A stretch of 64,000 bases of DNA from Squalus acanthias (lineage: Eukaryota), in contig CM059433.1 of NCBI GenBank assembly GCA_030390025.1, positions 2,418,001 to 2,482,000 of the forward strand. The letters are read 5' to 3'. Made by a program: the position numbers and the translations under genes. Below, piece after piece: positions 37,578-48,807 of the stretch. How positions within the stretch are numbered: position 1 is the first letter of the stretch; every line of letters begins with the position of its first letter. Below the pieces are notes generated by a model. The model searched no databases. It was not told where the DNA came from and worked only from the letters and a program-made list of their open reading frames with translations.

Positions 37578-37664
37578 ACCTGGGTTGACAAATTAATAAT
37601 GTGATGAAATTATAAAACAAAACAAAATATTCAAAAAAAGGGTAGAAGCAAATAGGACTAATGA

Positions 37665-38215
37665 GAGGTGAGTAGTGCTAGCTGGTTTTCTGCCTGTTGC
37701 ATTGAGGATTTGTACAATATTGATGTTGGGGGCGTGCTGAGTAGAGTGCCCCAAGGATTGATGTTAGGTCCCCCTACAGTTTCTAATTTACATGAACAAC
37801 TTGGATTCTGAAGCGCAATGCTGGTTGGTCAAATTCACAGACAATTCCAAAGTAGGAGTAGTAGCAGCTGAATCTGAGGAGGCAGCCCCAAAAACTACAA
37901 GTGAGTTAGAAAAGATAAATAACTGTTGCAGAACCGTGACAGGTGAAAATGAAAATGGATGAGTGTGAAGTACAGCATCTAGGAATAAAAAGTGGCTGCA
38001 TAAGTATTTCAGAAATGTCAAACCAGCTAAGTGAAGTTGTACGATTGAGAGTGAGCAACACATGGAATGGCCGTTCAGGTAGGTTCGTGAAGAGAAAAGC
38101 TCTGGAATTACTAAAGAAACGGTTGGTTGCTGCGGTGGGGTTAATGTTCTTTCTGGATGGATGAGATAAGATGGGCCAAAGGTCTTTTCTCAATCTTATC
38201 TATCTTGCGATCCTG
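37665..38215 (+). mobile_element. Old, highly decayed CR1 RT fragment
   Basis: VPQGLMLGPLQFLIYMNNLD...VKFTDNSKVG read at ~37745-37857. Confidence 0.65.
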
Positions 38216-38242
38216 TGAATATTGAAGTGCTTGGGATACTCT

Positions 38243-39971
38243 GGCTGCGATTTTGCTAACCTCGGCGGGTCCGTGTCGGGCGACGTCAGTGGCGGGTCCT
38301 GCCCTCACTGCTGGCTCCAGCCCGCTCTGTAAAATGAATTTCCCCTGATTGGGCTTGTTAAGCCCGCCCAGCGTGTTTGCCGGCCAATTAGAGGAAGCAG
38401 GTCTGGTGACGTCATTTGATGATGATTCATCAGTCGGTTTCCTTAAAGAGACCATGGCCAACATTATTTTGACAGTTGTGCTGTCAGTGTTCTACAGCAT
38501 TGAGGTGCTGCAAACACTGACAATCACTGCACAGAGGTGCACGGCTGCACCCAGGCTCTCCCATGACTCCCTCCATATGCTTATGGAGGGAGTCACAGCA
38601 CGCAGGGAGGTCTCTTCCCTTCCAATGGGTGGAAGAGATGTCCCCAGGAGATCAATGCAGCCTGGTTGCAGAGGAGGGCACAAGCAAGGATGTGGTCCAG
38701 GTGCAGTGCCATAAATGTTTCAATGATCTCAGTAGATAATGAAATGTTAGTACAAAGCCAAACTCAACCTCATCCTGCTGTGCCTCTCCTCATATCCCCA
38801 TCACTCTGCCTTCCTGATCCTACTCCTGCATCATTACTCACACCAACTTACCTTGCACCTCCACCCATCCCTCTCTATCTACTTTATCACATCCCCATCT
38901 CACTAGCCACCCCTTACACTCGCCCTCATCCTAGTGCAATCATACCAACTAACAACACTTGGGTGTTTTATGCAATGTTCATGTAAAGTTTCTGTCAATG
39001 TGGTGTCAAACATTGAAACCTTTATTTTAAACACTTTGTGTTCTTGGACAGATTTGTGTGTAGCTTTGGAAGTGGGTTAGTGAGCTGCAGTGAATGGTGA
39101 GACATAACGGTACCCCCCGCAATGGTGATGAGTGTGAAAGAAATGGCTTGGGCATTGTAGGGATGCTTTATGGTGCTGGTGTCAACCTGGCGCATCATGC
39201 GGCAGCCAGGGTGTACAGTGTCAAGTGAAGTAAATCTGGCCATGGTGAGGCCATCCTTGGCCTCCCGGGCAGCAATGTGCTGGGTGCTGATGCCCTCTGT
39301 CCTGTGCAGCATCAGGTGATTGCGGAGAAGGTTGGTGTTATTGTTGGTGCTGCTGGTGTGCCTGGTGCTCATGTTGTTGGGGCTGATCGTGGTGGGATTC
39401 TGAGGACGAAAGTGAGACAGTATAATGGGCACCCATGCTGATGGAATAGATGGTAGCTGAAGAAGAGATGACAGAAGCGATCTGTCAATGGTGAGAGAGG
39501 TAATGAGGTCAGACTGGATGGAGACTTGTGGAAAGACTTGCAGCATTCTGAATCTGTTGTGGAAATGCAGTGAGGACAAGTTTGTGGCTGAGGGAAGATG
39601 TCTCTGCAAGGCAGGAGCTATTACTGTACATTTGAAGCTGTCAACTCATCAGCTGATTCAATGGCCACTGAACTCCCGCCTCAGCTTGACAGACGTGGTC
39701 CATGACCAGCGTGGACCCTGTGGGCGAGCTGTCAAATACAGAAGGTGAGCTGACATTCATTCTTAAGTGGCTCTAAACAAGCCACTAATTACCTGAATTG
39801 GGTCGCCCGCTGCTGCATGTCGGGTCTGCTCAGCGCTGACAGACTCGACATCGGGGAAAGGCGCGTGGTGGCGGGTTCACAGCGGGGTCCCGAACAGCTG
39901 GGGAGAAAAAACACTTTCCCACCTGACCCGCCACCGATCGTACCTGCTGACCAACCCGCAAAATCCAGCCC
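38243..39971. mobile_element. Non-autonomous Harbinger derivative with Myb exon remnant
   Basis: TIRs GGCTGCGATTTTGC / GCAAAATCCAGCCC; TSD TCT on both sides; APRLSHDSLHMLMEGVTARREV and QCHKCFNDL remnants at 38540-38730. Confidence 0.85.
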
Positions 39972-40481
39972 TCTGATGCTGTTCAACAGGAGGGGCTGTA
40001 ATTTAAATTGAAAACCCAAAATGGTTTGAACTTTATCATTTTGCCATATTTACGTTATGCCTCTACGACCCTATTCGAAGTTCGTTATATTTGTTGCCTA
40101 TTCTTGATCATTCAACGACCCACTTAGCTATTTTGACTCCATTCTTGAAGTACTTACGCCACTCACTTTTCTTCTTATAAACATGAATTTCATTAAAATA
40201 ATAAGGAACTTCTCAGGTTCAGTAGTACCTACTTTATAAAAGTTTGGCACACGGTTATTGGTGCGCATGATGTGGCCATCACACAGCACCAATGGCACCA
40301 AAGCTGTTTAAATGCCCCATGCGCCTGTGCAGAAGTGATCTGATAATCACCTAATACAAGGTCAGCTCATTAGAGGAAGGATCCTTGGGTATTTACCGCA
40401 GAGAAAAAAAAGTGAGGTATTGTTGGACCTGAAGGTGTTGTTCCCTTATGAATTACCCTTCCTTAGTTAAATCTTGAAGCA

Positions 40482-43400
40482 CGCTCCTGGATGCAATGTA
40501 GGAAGAAATTTAATGACCTCATGAGGGCAGGAAAGGTGAGTACAATGCCACATTCAACTACATCCTGATGTGCGTGTCACCCCAACCCCCTCACTCTGCC
40601 TTCCCAAGCCTGCTCTTGCACATCACTCCTCACACCAACCTACCTTGCAGGTGCACCCATCCCTCTCTGTCTAAGCACTTCCTCACATCCCCACCTGACC
40701 ATCCACCATTGACACTCACCCTCATCTTAATGCAATGTCACGCCTCTCCCTCATAGTCACCCTCAACAGATGTTGTCCATCCACCCATTCCACTCATTCC
40801 GTGACTCTCACTCAAAGGTCTCTTGTTTCCCTCCTTGCAGGAGGAGAGAGCACAGAACACCCGGGAGAGACAGAGAACCGGAGGTGGCCCTCCAGTCATC
40901 GCAACACTCACAGCTGCAGAGGAGGGGGCACTTTATATAGGTGGAGTGTCGGTGTGCATGGCATTGGGAGATGGAGAGACGGGGAGCTCCCAGCTACCTG
41001 GTGACAGAATTAAATATCACACAGCTACACGGCATACAACAGTCATGTTGAATTGATGTCAGCAGCCAGTGAAATATGATCAAACGCATAATGTTAACTT
41101 AAAACATTCTTACCATGACAGTTCTAATTGATGTCTTTAATCTCCCATCACAGGAACAGTAGCATAGTGGTTATGTCACTGGACTAGTAATCCAGAGGCC
41201 TAGACTAATGATCCTGAGACATGAGTTTAAATCTCACCATGGCAACTGGGGAATTTAAATTCAATTAAATAAATAAATCTGGAATAAAAAAGCAAGTATC
41301 AGTAATGGTAACCATGAAACTATCGGATTGTCGTAAAAACCCATTTGGTTCACTAATGTCCTTTAGGGAAGGAAATCTGCCGTCCTTACCTGGTCTGGCC
41401 TATATGTGACTCCAGACCCACAGCAATGTGGTTGACTCTTAACTGTCACTTAGTTGTAAAAAAAACACTACGATTAAGAATATAACCGGACGGACCACCC
41501 AGCATCGACCTTGGCTACGGACATGACAACGCCACAGTCAACCCTGCAAAGTCCTCCTCACCAACATCTGGGAGAGCTGTCCCACAGACTAGTCAAGCAA
41601 CAGCCTGACATAGTCATATTCACCGAATCATACCTTTCAGCCAATGTCCCAAACTCCTCCATCACCATCCCTGGGTATGTCCTGTCCCACCGGCTGGACA
41701 GACCCACCAGGGGTGGCAGCACAGTGGTATACAGTCGGGAAGGAGTGGCCCTGGGAATCCTCAACATTGACTCCGGACCCCATGAAGTCTCATGGCTTCA
41801 GGTCAAACATGGGCAAGGAAACCTCCTACTGATTACCACCTACCACCCTCCCTCAGCTGATGAATCAGTACTCCACCATGTTGAACACCACTTGGAAGAA
41901 GCCCTGAGAGTAGCAAGGGCACAGAATGTACTCTGGGTGGGAGACTTCAATGTCCATCACCAAGAGTGGCTTGGTAGTACCACTACTGACTGAGCTGGCC
42001 GAGTCCTGAAGGACATAGCTGCCAGTCTGGGCCTGCGACAGGTGGTGAGAGAACCAACACGAGGGAAAAACCTACATGACCTCGTCCTCACCCATCTAAC
42101 TGTCGCAGATGCATCTGTCCATGACAGCATTGGTAGCAGTGACCACCGTACAGTCATTGTGGTGACGAAGTCCCGACTTCAAACTGAGGACACCCTCCAT
42201 CGTGTTGTGTGGCACTACCACCGTGCTAAATGGGATAGATTCTGAACAGATCTAGCAGCTCAAAACTGGGCAACCATGAGGCACTGTGGGGCAGCAGAAG
42301 AATTGTATTCCACCACAATCTGTAACCTCATGGCCCGGCATATCCCTCACTCTACCATTACCATCAAGCCAGGGGACCAACCCTGGTTTAGTAAGGAGTG
42401 CAGAAGAGCATGCCAGGAGCAGCACCAGGCGTACCTAAAAATACAGTGCCAACCTGGGGAAGCTGCAACACAGGACTACATGCATGCTAAAAAGCGGAAG
42501 CAGCATGCTATAGACAGAGCTAAGCGATCCCACAATCAATGGATCAGATCAAAGCTCTGCAGTCCTGCCACATCCAGTCATGAATGGATCCATGAATATC
42601 CCCATCCTCAATGATGGCGGAGCCCAGCACGTGAGTGCAAAAGACAAAGCTGAAGCGTTTGCAACCATCTTCAGCCAGAAGTGCCGAGTGGATGATCCAT
42701 ATTGGGCTCCTCCTGAGGTCCCCTCCATCACAGAAGCCAGTCTTCAGCCAATTCGATTCACTCCACGTGATATCAAGAAACGGCTGAGCGCACTGGATAA
42801 AGCACAGACTATGGGTCCCGACAATATCCCGGCTATCGTGCTGAAGACTTGTGCTCCAGAACTAGCCGTGCCTCTAGCCAAGCTGTTCCAGTACAGGTAC
42901 AACACTGGCATCTATCCTACAATGTGGAAAACTGCCCAGGTATGTCCTGGCCACAAAAAGCAGGACAAATCCAATCCAGCCAATTACCGCCCCATCAGTC
43001 TACTCTCAATCATCAGCAAAGTGATGGAAGGTGTCGTCGACAGTGCTATCAAGCAGCACTTACTCACCAAGAACCTGCTCACTGATGTCCAGTTTGGGTT
43101 CCACCAGGACCACTCGGCTCCAGACCTCATTACAGCCTTGGTCCAAACATGGACAAAAGAGCTGAATTCCATAGATGAGGTGAGAGTGACTGCCCTCGAC
43201 ATCAAGGCAGCATTTGACCGAGTGTAGCATCAAGAGCCCTAGTAAAACTGAAGTCAGTGGGAATCAGGGGGAACACTCTCCATTGGCTGTAGTCATACCT
43301 AGCACAAAGGAAGATGGTTGTGGTGGTTGCAGGTCAATCATCACAACCCCAGGACATCGCTGCAGGAGTTCCTCAGGGCAGTGTCCTCGGCCCAACCATC

Positions 43401-45597
43401 TTCAGCTGCTTCGTCAATGACCCTCCCTCCATCATAAGGTCAGAAGTGGGGATGTTCGCTGATGACTGCACAGTGTTCAGTGCCATTTGCAACTCTTCAG
43501 ATAATGAAGCAGTCCATGCCCGCATGCAGCAAGACCTGGACGACATTCAGGCTTGGGCTGATAAGTGGCAGGTAACATTCGTGCCACACAAGTGCCAGGC
43601 AATGAAAATCTCCAACAAGCTAGCACCTAGCTAACGCCCCTTGACATTCAACAACATTACCATCACCGAATCCCCTACCATCAATATCCTGGGGGTCACC
43701 ATTGACCAGAAACTTAACTGGACCAGCCACATAAATACTGTGGCAAAAAGAGCAGGTCAGAGGCTAGGTATTCTGCGGCGAGTGTCTCACCTCCTGACTC
43801 CCCAAAGCCTTTCCACCATCTACAAGGCACAAGTCAGGAGTGTGATGGAATACTCTCCACTTGCCTGGATGAGTGCAGCTCCAACAACACTCAAGAAGCT
43901 CAACAGAATCCAAGATAAAGCAGCCCGCTTGATTGGCACCCCATCCACCACCTTAAACATTCATTCCCTCCACCACCGGCGTACCGTGGCTGCAGTGTGT
44001 ACCATCTACAAGATGCACTGCAGCAACTCGCCAAGCTTCTTCGGCAGCACCTTCCAAACCCGCGACCTCTACCACCTAAAAGGACAAGGGCAGCAGGCGC
44101 ATGGGAACACCACCACCTCCAAGTTCCCCTCCAAGTCACACACCATCCTGACTTGGAAATATATCGCCGATTCTTCATCGTCGCTGGGTCAAAATCCTGG
44201 AACTCCCTCCCTAACAGCACTGTGGGAGTACCTTCACCACACGGACTGCAGCGGTTCAAGAAGGCGGCTCACCACCATCTTCTCAAGGGCAATTAGGGAT
44301 GGGCAATAAATGCTGGCCATGCCAGCGACGCCCACATCCCAGGAATAAATAAAAAAATGTGTCCAACAGGTGGTGGAGGCGGATGAGGAAGAAGACTTCT
44401 CAGAGGAGGTCGCGGACTCTGAGGGTGCAACATCACAGGACACGTGCACACCATGCACCAGCTCAGATACACAAACGTCAGTGGGGCCAGCAAGACAGAT
44501 AGTTGTGTTGTCACCTGGTGTCTCACAGATCACATGTGAGCAAGAGCAGATAGTGGAGACATGGACAGCAGTGGAGAGTCCTCGTCGGAGGGCGCTGGAT
44601 GCTCCAAGCTCTGCTCAGCTGGACGCAGATGCTGAACCTCGGGGACCGTCGACAAAGAGACTGATTCTGGAGGAGCAGCAAAAAATGTGAGCGGCTCTGT
44701 CAGTATTTCCAGGCGCGATGGGCATGTTTGCAGAGAGAATGGAAGAGTCCATCCCAAGCATGACTGCCATGAACACGCAGGACATGGCTGTGATGTGTTT
44801 GTCCATGGAAAGGGTGGCCACCTGCAAGGAGCATCAAACGTGGCAGACAAACGAGTGCATGCTTGCCCTCACCAACAGCTTGCACACTCTGAACGCTACC
44901 TTAACTAGGTGGCGGTGGGGGGCAAGTGTGTTCAGCATGTGTCTGCCAGATGGGTACAATGGTGCAACCTCAGTAAATGTTGCCATGATGAGTCGATCCC
45001 AGTTAGCAGTGTGGACTGCTGCTGGTGCTGTTGTTGCTGGTGCTTATCCTGGTCCTCATCTGAAGTCCAAGGTGAAACAGCAGAAGCGGCACCCACGCTG
45101 ATCTGATCTTTGACAGATTTAAAGTGGAGATCAGGTTCACAAACCACCAAAGTAGTGAAAGTCACCTCCAAAATAGTAGAAACCACCTCCAAAGCACTGT
45201 AAGCAAACTCTCAGAACAAGTGCTGTGAGTGAAAGCCTTTCCCTCAGGTAAGGAAGCAGGTGTGAGGTCTCTTTTTGCCTGTCATTTGTTCAGTCCTCTC
45301 AATTGCCGCTGTGCTCTCGCCTTGCTTTCACTGGCAAGGTCCAGGAAGCTCGGGAAACCCGTGGACCCACAGAGAAAGTTGAAAACCCCTGTTCAAAAAG
45401 CCTCTTAACAACCTCTTAATTGCTTTCAATTGGTAACCCGCCTCTCCTGAGGAGGTTTCTCGCACTCTGGCGAACGCGCTCCAGTGAAATGCGGAAGTCG
45501 GCGGGTTGGAGCCGGCCTCCCGACACGCTGTCAATTTCAGCGCTTTTTAACTACCCACCCACTCCCAAACCCACTTGCTGCAGTAAAAATTCCCCCC
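40482..45597 (+). mobile_element. Harbinger remnant with Myb partner gene (exon 1 end 40482-40535, exon 2 40841-41000, exon 3 from 44359), split by a LINE
   Basis: RSWMQCRKKFNDLMRAGK|GTGAGT; EERAQNTRERQRTGGGPP; exon 3 similar to 27512-26885; right end AAAAATTCCCCCC. Confidence 0.8.
41153..44357 (+). mobile_element. CR1-group (Zenon-like) LINE with tRNA-like 5' head and a single EN-RT ORF, decayed
   Basis: A-box 41160-41170, anticodon arm 41179-41195; EN motifs FTESYL, GDFN, SDH; RT motifs NYRPISLL, LDIKAAFDRV, GVPQGSVLGP, MFADD; YKAQVRSVMEYSPLAW; A-rich tail. Confidence 0.85.
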
Positions 45598-45769
45598 AGC
45601 ATGTCTACCATAAGCTATCTCAACCTCAGCGAGGTCTCGCACCTCCTTGCACATGATGGAACAACAGCTTTAATTGGGTGTCAGAAAGTCTGAGTGTTGC
45701 ACCTTGAGTCATTTTGTATGAAGCTTATTCATGCAAAAAAAAAGTGCTGGGTCTGTGTGTTAATGTGCA

Positions 45770-47530
45770 CAATAGTTGTATGAGGAGGCACTGCTTCACC
45801 AGGTATGCGGTTCAGAGATTGTGCTATCGTCGGAAACCAGACCTTCAACAAAGAAGCAACAGTAGCACAATGCTACCGGGAACAGTAAAAATGACAACAC
45901 TAAATTTATACGCTCTATGGTCCTTCCAGGCACCACCAGAAGACATCACAAGCGTAAATCAATTTGCAGTTCACTGCTGCATTATACAGGCCAAAACCCC
46001 TCTATGTTAATATGCTTGTAGGTACATGAAGCTCAGCACTGGGAAGCAGCAGCAGTTGGCGAGCCAGGCAGCGCACGGTGAAAGGCTTGGCATTCCCAGC
46101 AAACAAGGTGGCGTTTGCTGCACCCGTTCAATCACCTGTACAAAAGCCAAGGACTGACGATGAAGATTACTCCCGCTGGAAGGAAAGTGTGGGTTTCCCA
46201 CCTCTTTCAGGATGAGAGCAGGTTGAATGGTTGACTCAAAATATGGCTCCTGCCATCAGTATGCAATCCCCACATTATTTTTTTATTTGTTTATGGGATG
46301 TGGGCGTCGCTGGCAAGGCCAGCATTTATTGCCCATCCCTAATTGCCCTGGAGAAGGTGGTGGTGAACTGCTTTCTTGAACCGCTGCAGTCCGTGTGGTG
46401 AAGGTATTTCCACAGTGCTGTTTGGGAGGGAGTTCCAGGATTTTGACCCAGCGACGATGAAGGATCGGCGATATATTTCCAAGTCAGGATGGTGTGTGAC
46501 TTGGAGGGGAACTTGGAGGTGGTGGTGTTCCCATACGCCTGCTGCCCTTGTCCTTCTAGGTTGTAGAGGTTGCGGGTTTGGGAGGTGCTGCCGAAGAGGC
46601 CTTGGTACGCCGATGGTGGAGGGAGTGAATGTTTAAGGTGGTGGATGGGGTGCCAATCAAGCGGGCTGCTTTGTCCTGGATGGTGTCGAGATTCTTGAGT
46701 GTTGTTGGAGCTGCACTCATCCAGGCAAGTGGAGAGTATTCCATCACACTCCTTACTTGTGCCTTGTAGATGGTGGAAAGGCTTTGGGGAGTCAGGAGCT
46801 GAGACACTCGCCACAGAATACCTAGCCTCTGACCTGCTCTTGTAGCCACAGTATTTATGTGGCTGGTCCAGTTAAGTTTCTGGTCAATGGTGACCCCCAG
46901 GATATTGATGGTGAGGGATTCGGCGATGGTAATGCCATTGAATGTCAAGGGGCTGTGGTTAGACTCTCACTTGTTGGAGATAGTCATTGCCTGGCACTTG
47001 TGTGGCGCGAATGTTACCTGCCACTTATCAGCCCAAGCCTGAACGTCGTCCAGGTCTTGTTGCATGAGGGCAAGGACTGCTTCATTATCTGAGGAGTTGT
47101 GAATGGCACTAAACACTGTGCAGTCATCAGCAAACATCCCCATTTCTGACCTTATGCTGGAGGGAAGGTTATTGATGAAGCAGCTGAAGATGGTTGGGCC
47201 TAGGACACTGCCCTGAGGAACTCCTACAGCGATGTCCTGAGGCTGTGATGCTTGACCTTCAACCACCACAACCATCTTCCTTTGTGCTAGGTATGACTCC
47301 AGCCAGTGGAGAGTTTTCCCCCCGATTCCCATTGACTTCAGCTTTACTAGGGCTCCTTGATGCCACACTCGATCAAATGCTGCCTTAATGTCAAGGGCAG
47401 TCACTCTCACCTCAGCTCTCACTCTCACCCACGTCCCCCTAGCATGTTGCATCGGAAGCACATTTGAGGTCCAGAAACATCATAAAGTAGACACTTGGGC
47501 TGCTTAAAGATGTGTTGATGCTCTGGCAGT
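45770..47530 (+). pseudogene. Old Harbinger transposase remnant, interrupted by a LINE at 46276-47414
   Basis: RRHCFTRYAVQRLC...PDLQ...SFQ...NQFAVHCCI aligns by eye with the 4769-5344 ORF; RNIIK*TLGLLK at ~47473-47508. Confidence 0.65.
46276..47414 (-). mobile_element. Zenon-like CR1-group LINE, 5'-truncated
   Basis: Reverse complement of 43175-44357. Confidence 0.9.
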
Positions 47531-47815
47531 GAACGAGAGTATGACCTGAAAAAAGTTGGGGAAAGAGCTTTGCGGGCTTTTTCAAAGGCAGGGGGCGGGG
47601 CCAAATCATTGGTACCCGTATATAGGTGGAGCGGTTGCTAAACCCGAGACACTACACTAGTAGTGACTCCCACCCTCCCACCTCCTCTAACCTTTAGGGG
47701 TAGAGGGAATTTAAAAGGTAGGTTCGATTTTATATTTTGTTTTCAGGGACTTAACTCCTGGACCTAAGTTAAATAAGTTTAAATTTTAGTAATAAAGTAA
47801 CATAAGGGTTAAGTC

Positions 47816-48760
47816 ATGACAGGAAGTCTCGGACCCGTTTCATGCTCCTCCTGTGCCATGTGGGAAGCCAGGGAGACTTCCAGTGTCCCTGACAACTACG
47901 TGTGCGGGAAGTGTGTCCAGCTGCAGCTCCTGACAGCCCGCATGGCGGTGCTGGAGCTGTGGGTGGACTCACTCTGGAGCATGCACGATGCCGAGAACTC
48001 GGTGAATCGCTCATTTAGTGAGTTGTCCACACCGCAGGTAAAGGCTAGGACAGACAGTGAATGGGTGACCAAGAAGCAGGGCAATATCAGGAAGGTAGTG
48101 CAGGAGTCCCCTGTGGTCATCTCCCTCCAAAACAGGTATGCCGCTTTGGATACTGTTGGGGGAGATGGCCTACCAGGGGAAGGCACTAGCAGCCAGGTTC
48201 ATGGCACCATGGCTGGCTCTGCTGCACAGCAGGGCGGGAAAAAGAGTGGCAGGGCTATAGTGATAGGGGACTCAATTGTAAGGGGAATAGACAGGAGTTT
48301 CTGTGGCCGCAACCGAGATTCCAGGATGGTATGTTGCCTCCCTGGTGCAAGGGTCAAGGATGTCTCGGAGCGGCTGCAGAACATTCTGAAGAGGGAGGGT
48401 GAACAGCCAGCTGTCGTGGTGCATGTAGGTACCAACGATATAGGTAAAAAGCGGGAAGAGGTCCTACAAGCAGAATTTAGGGAGCTAGGAGCTAAATTAA
48501 AAAGTAGGACCTCTAACGTAGTAATCTCTGGATTGCTACCAGGGCCACGTGCTAATCAGAATAGAGAGAACAGGATAGTGAGATTGAATACGTGGCTTGA
48601 GCAGTGGTGCAGGAGGGAGGGATTCAAATTCCTGAGGCATTGGAACCAGTTCTGGGGGAAGTGGGACCTGTACAAAAGGGACGGTCTGCACTTGGGCAGG
48701 ACTGGAACCGATGTCCTCGGGGTAATATTTGCTAAAGCAGTTCGGGAGGATTTAAACTAA
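47816..48760 (+). CDS. CR1 ORF1p: N-terminal zinc finger/coiled coil plus SGNH esterase domain
   Basis: CSSC...CGKC; GDSIVR, PGA, VGTND, DGLHL blocks; 314 aa uninterrupted. Confidence 0.92.
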   Translation: MTGSLGPVSCSSCAMWEARETSSVPDNYVCGKCVQLQLLTARMAVLELWVDSLWSMHDAENSVNRSFSELSTPQVKARTDSEWVTKKQGNIRKVVQESPVVISLQNRYAALDTVGGDGLPGEGTSSQVHGTMAGSAAQQGGKKSGRAIVIGDSIVRGIDRSFCGRNRDSRMVCCLPGARVKDVSERLQNILKREGEQPAVVVHVGTNDIGKKREEVLQAEFRELGAKLKSRTSNVVISGLLPGPRANQNRENRIVRLNTWLEQWCRREGFKFLRHWNQFWGKWDLYKRDGLHLGRTGTDVLGVIFAKAVREDLN

Positions 48761-48807
48761 TATGGCAGGGGAATGGGAACCTATGTAGCGAAACAGGGGG
48801 AAGTAAT

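Noticed and set aside
39022..39609. 195-aa ORF as a real gene
   Set aside because: It lies inside a non-autonomous Harbinger derivative, has no recognisable motif, and its composition reflects a GT-rich opposite strand.
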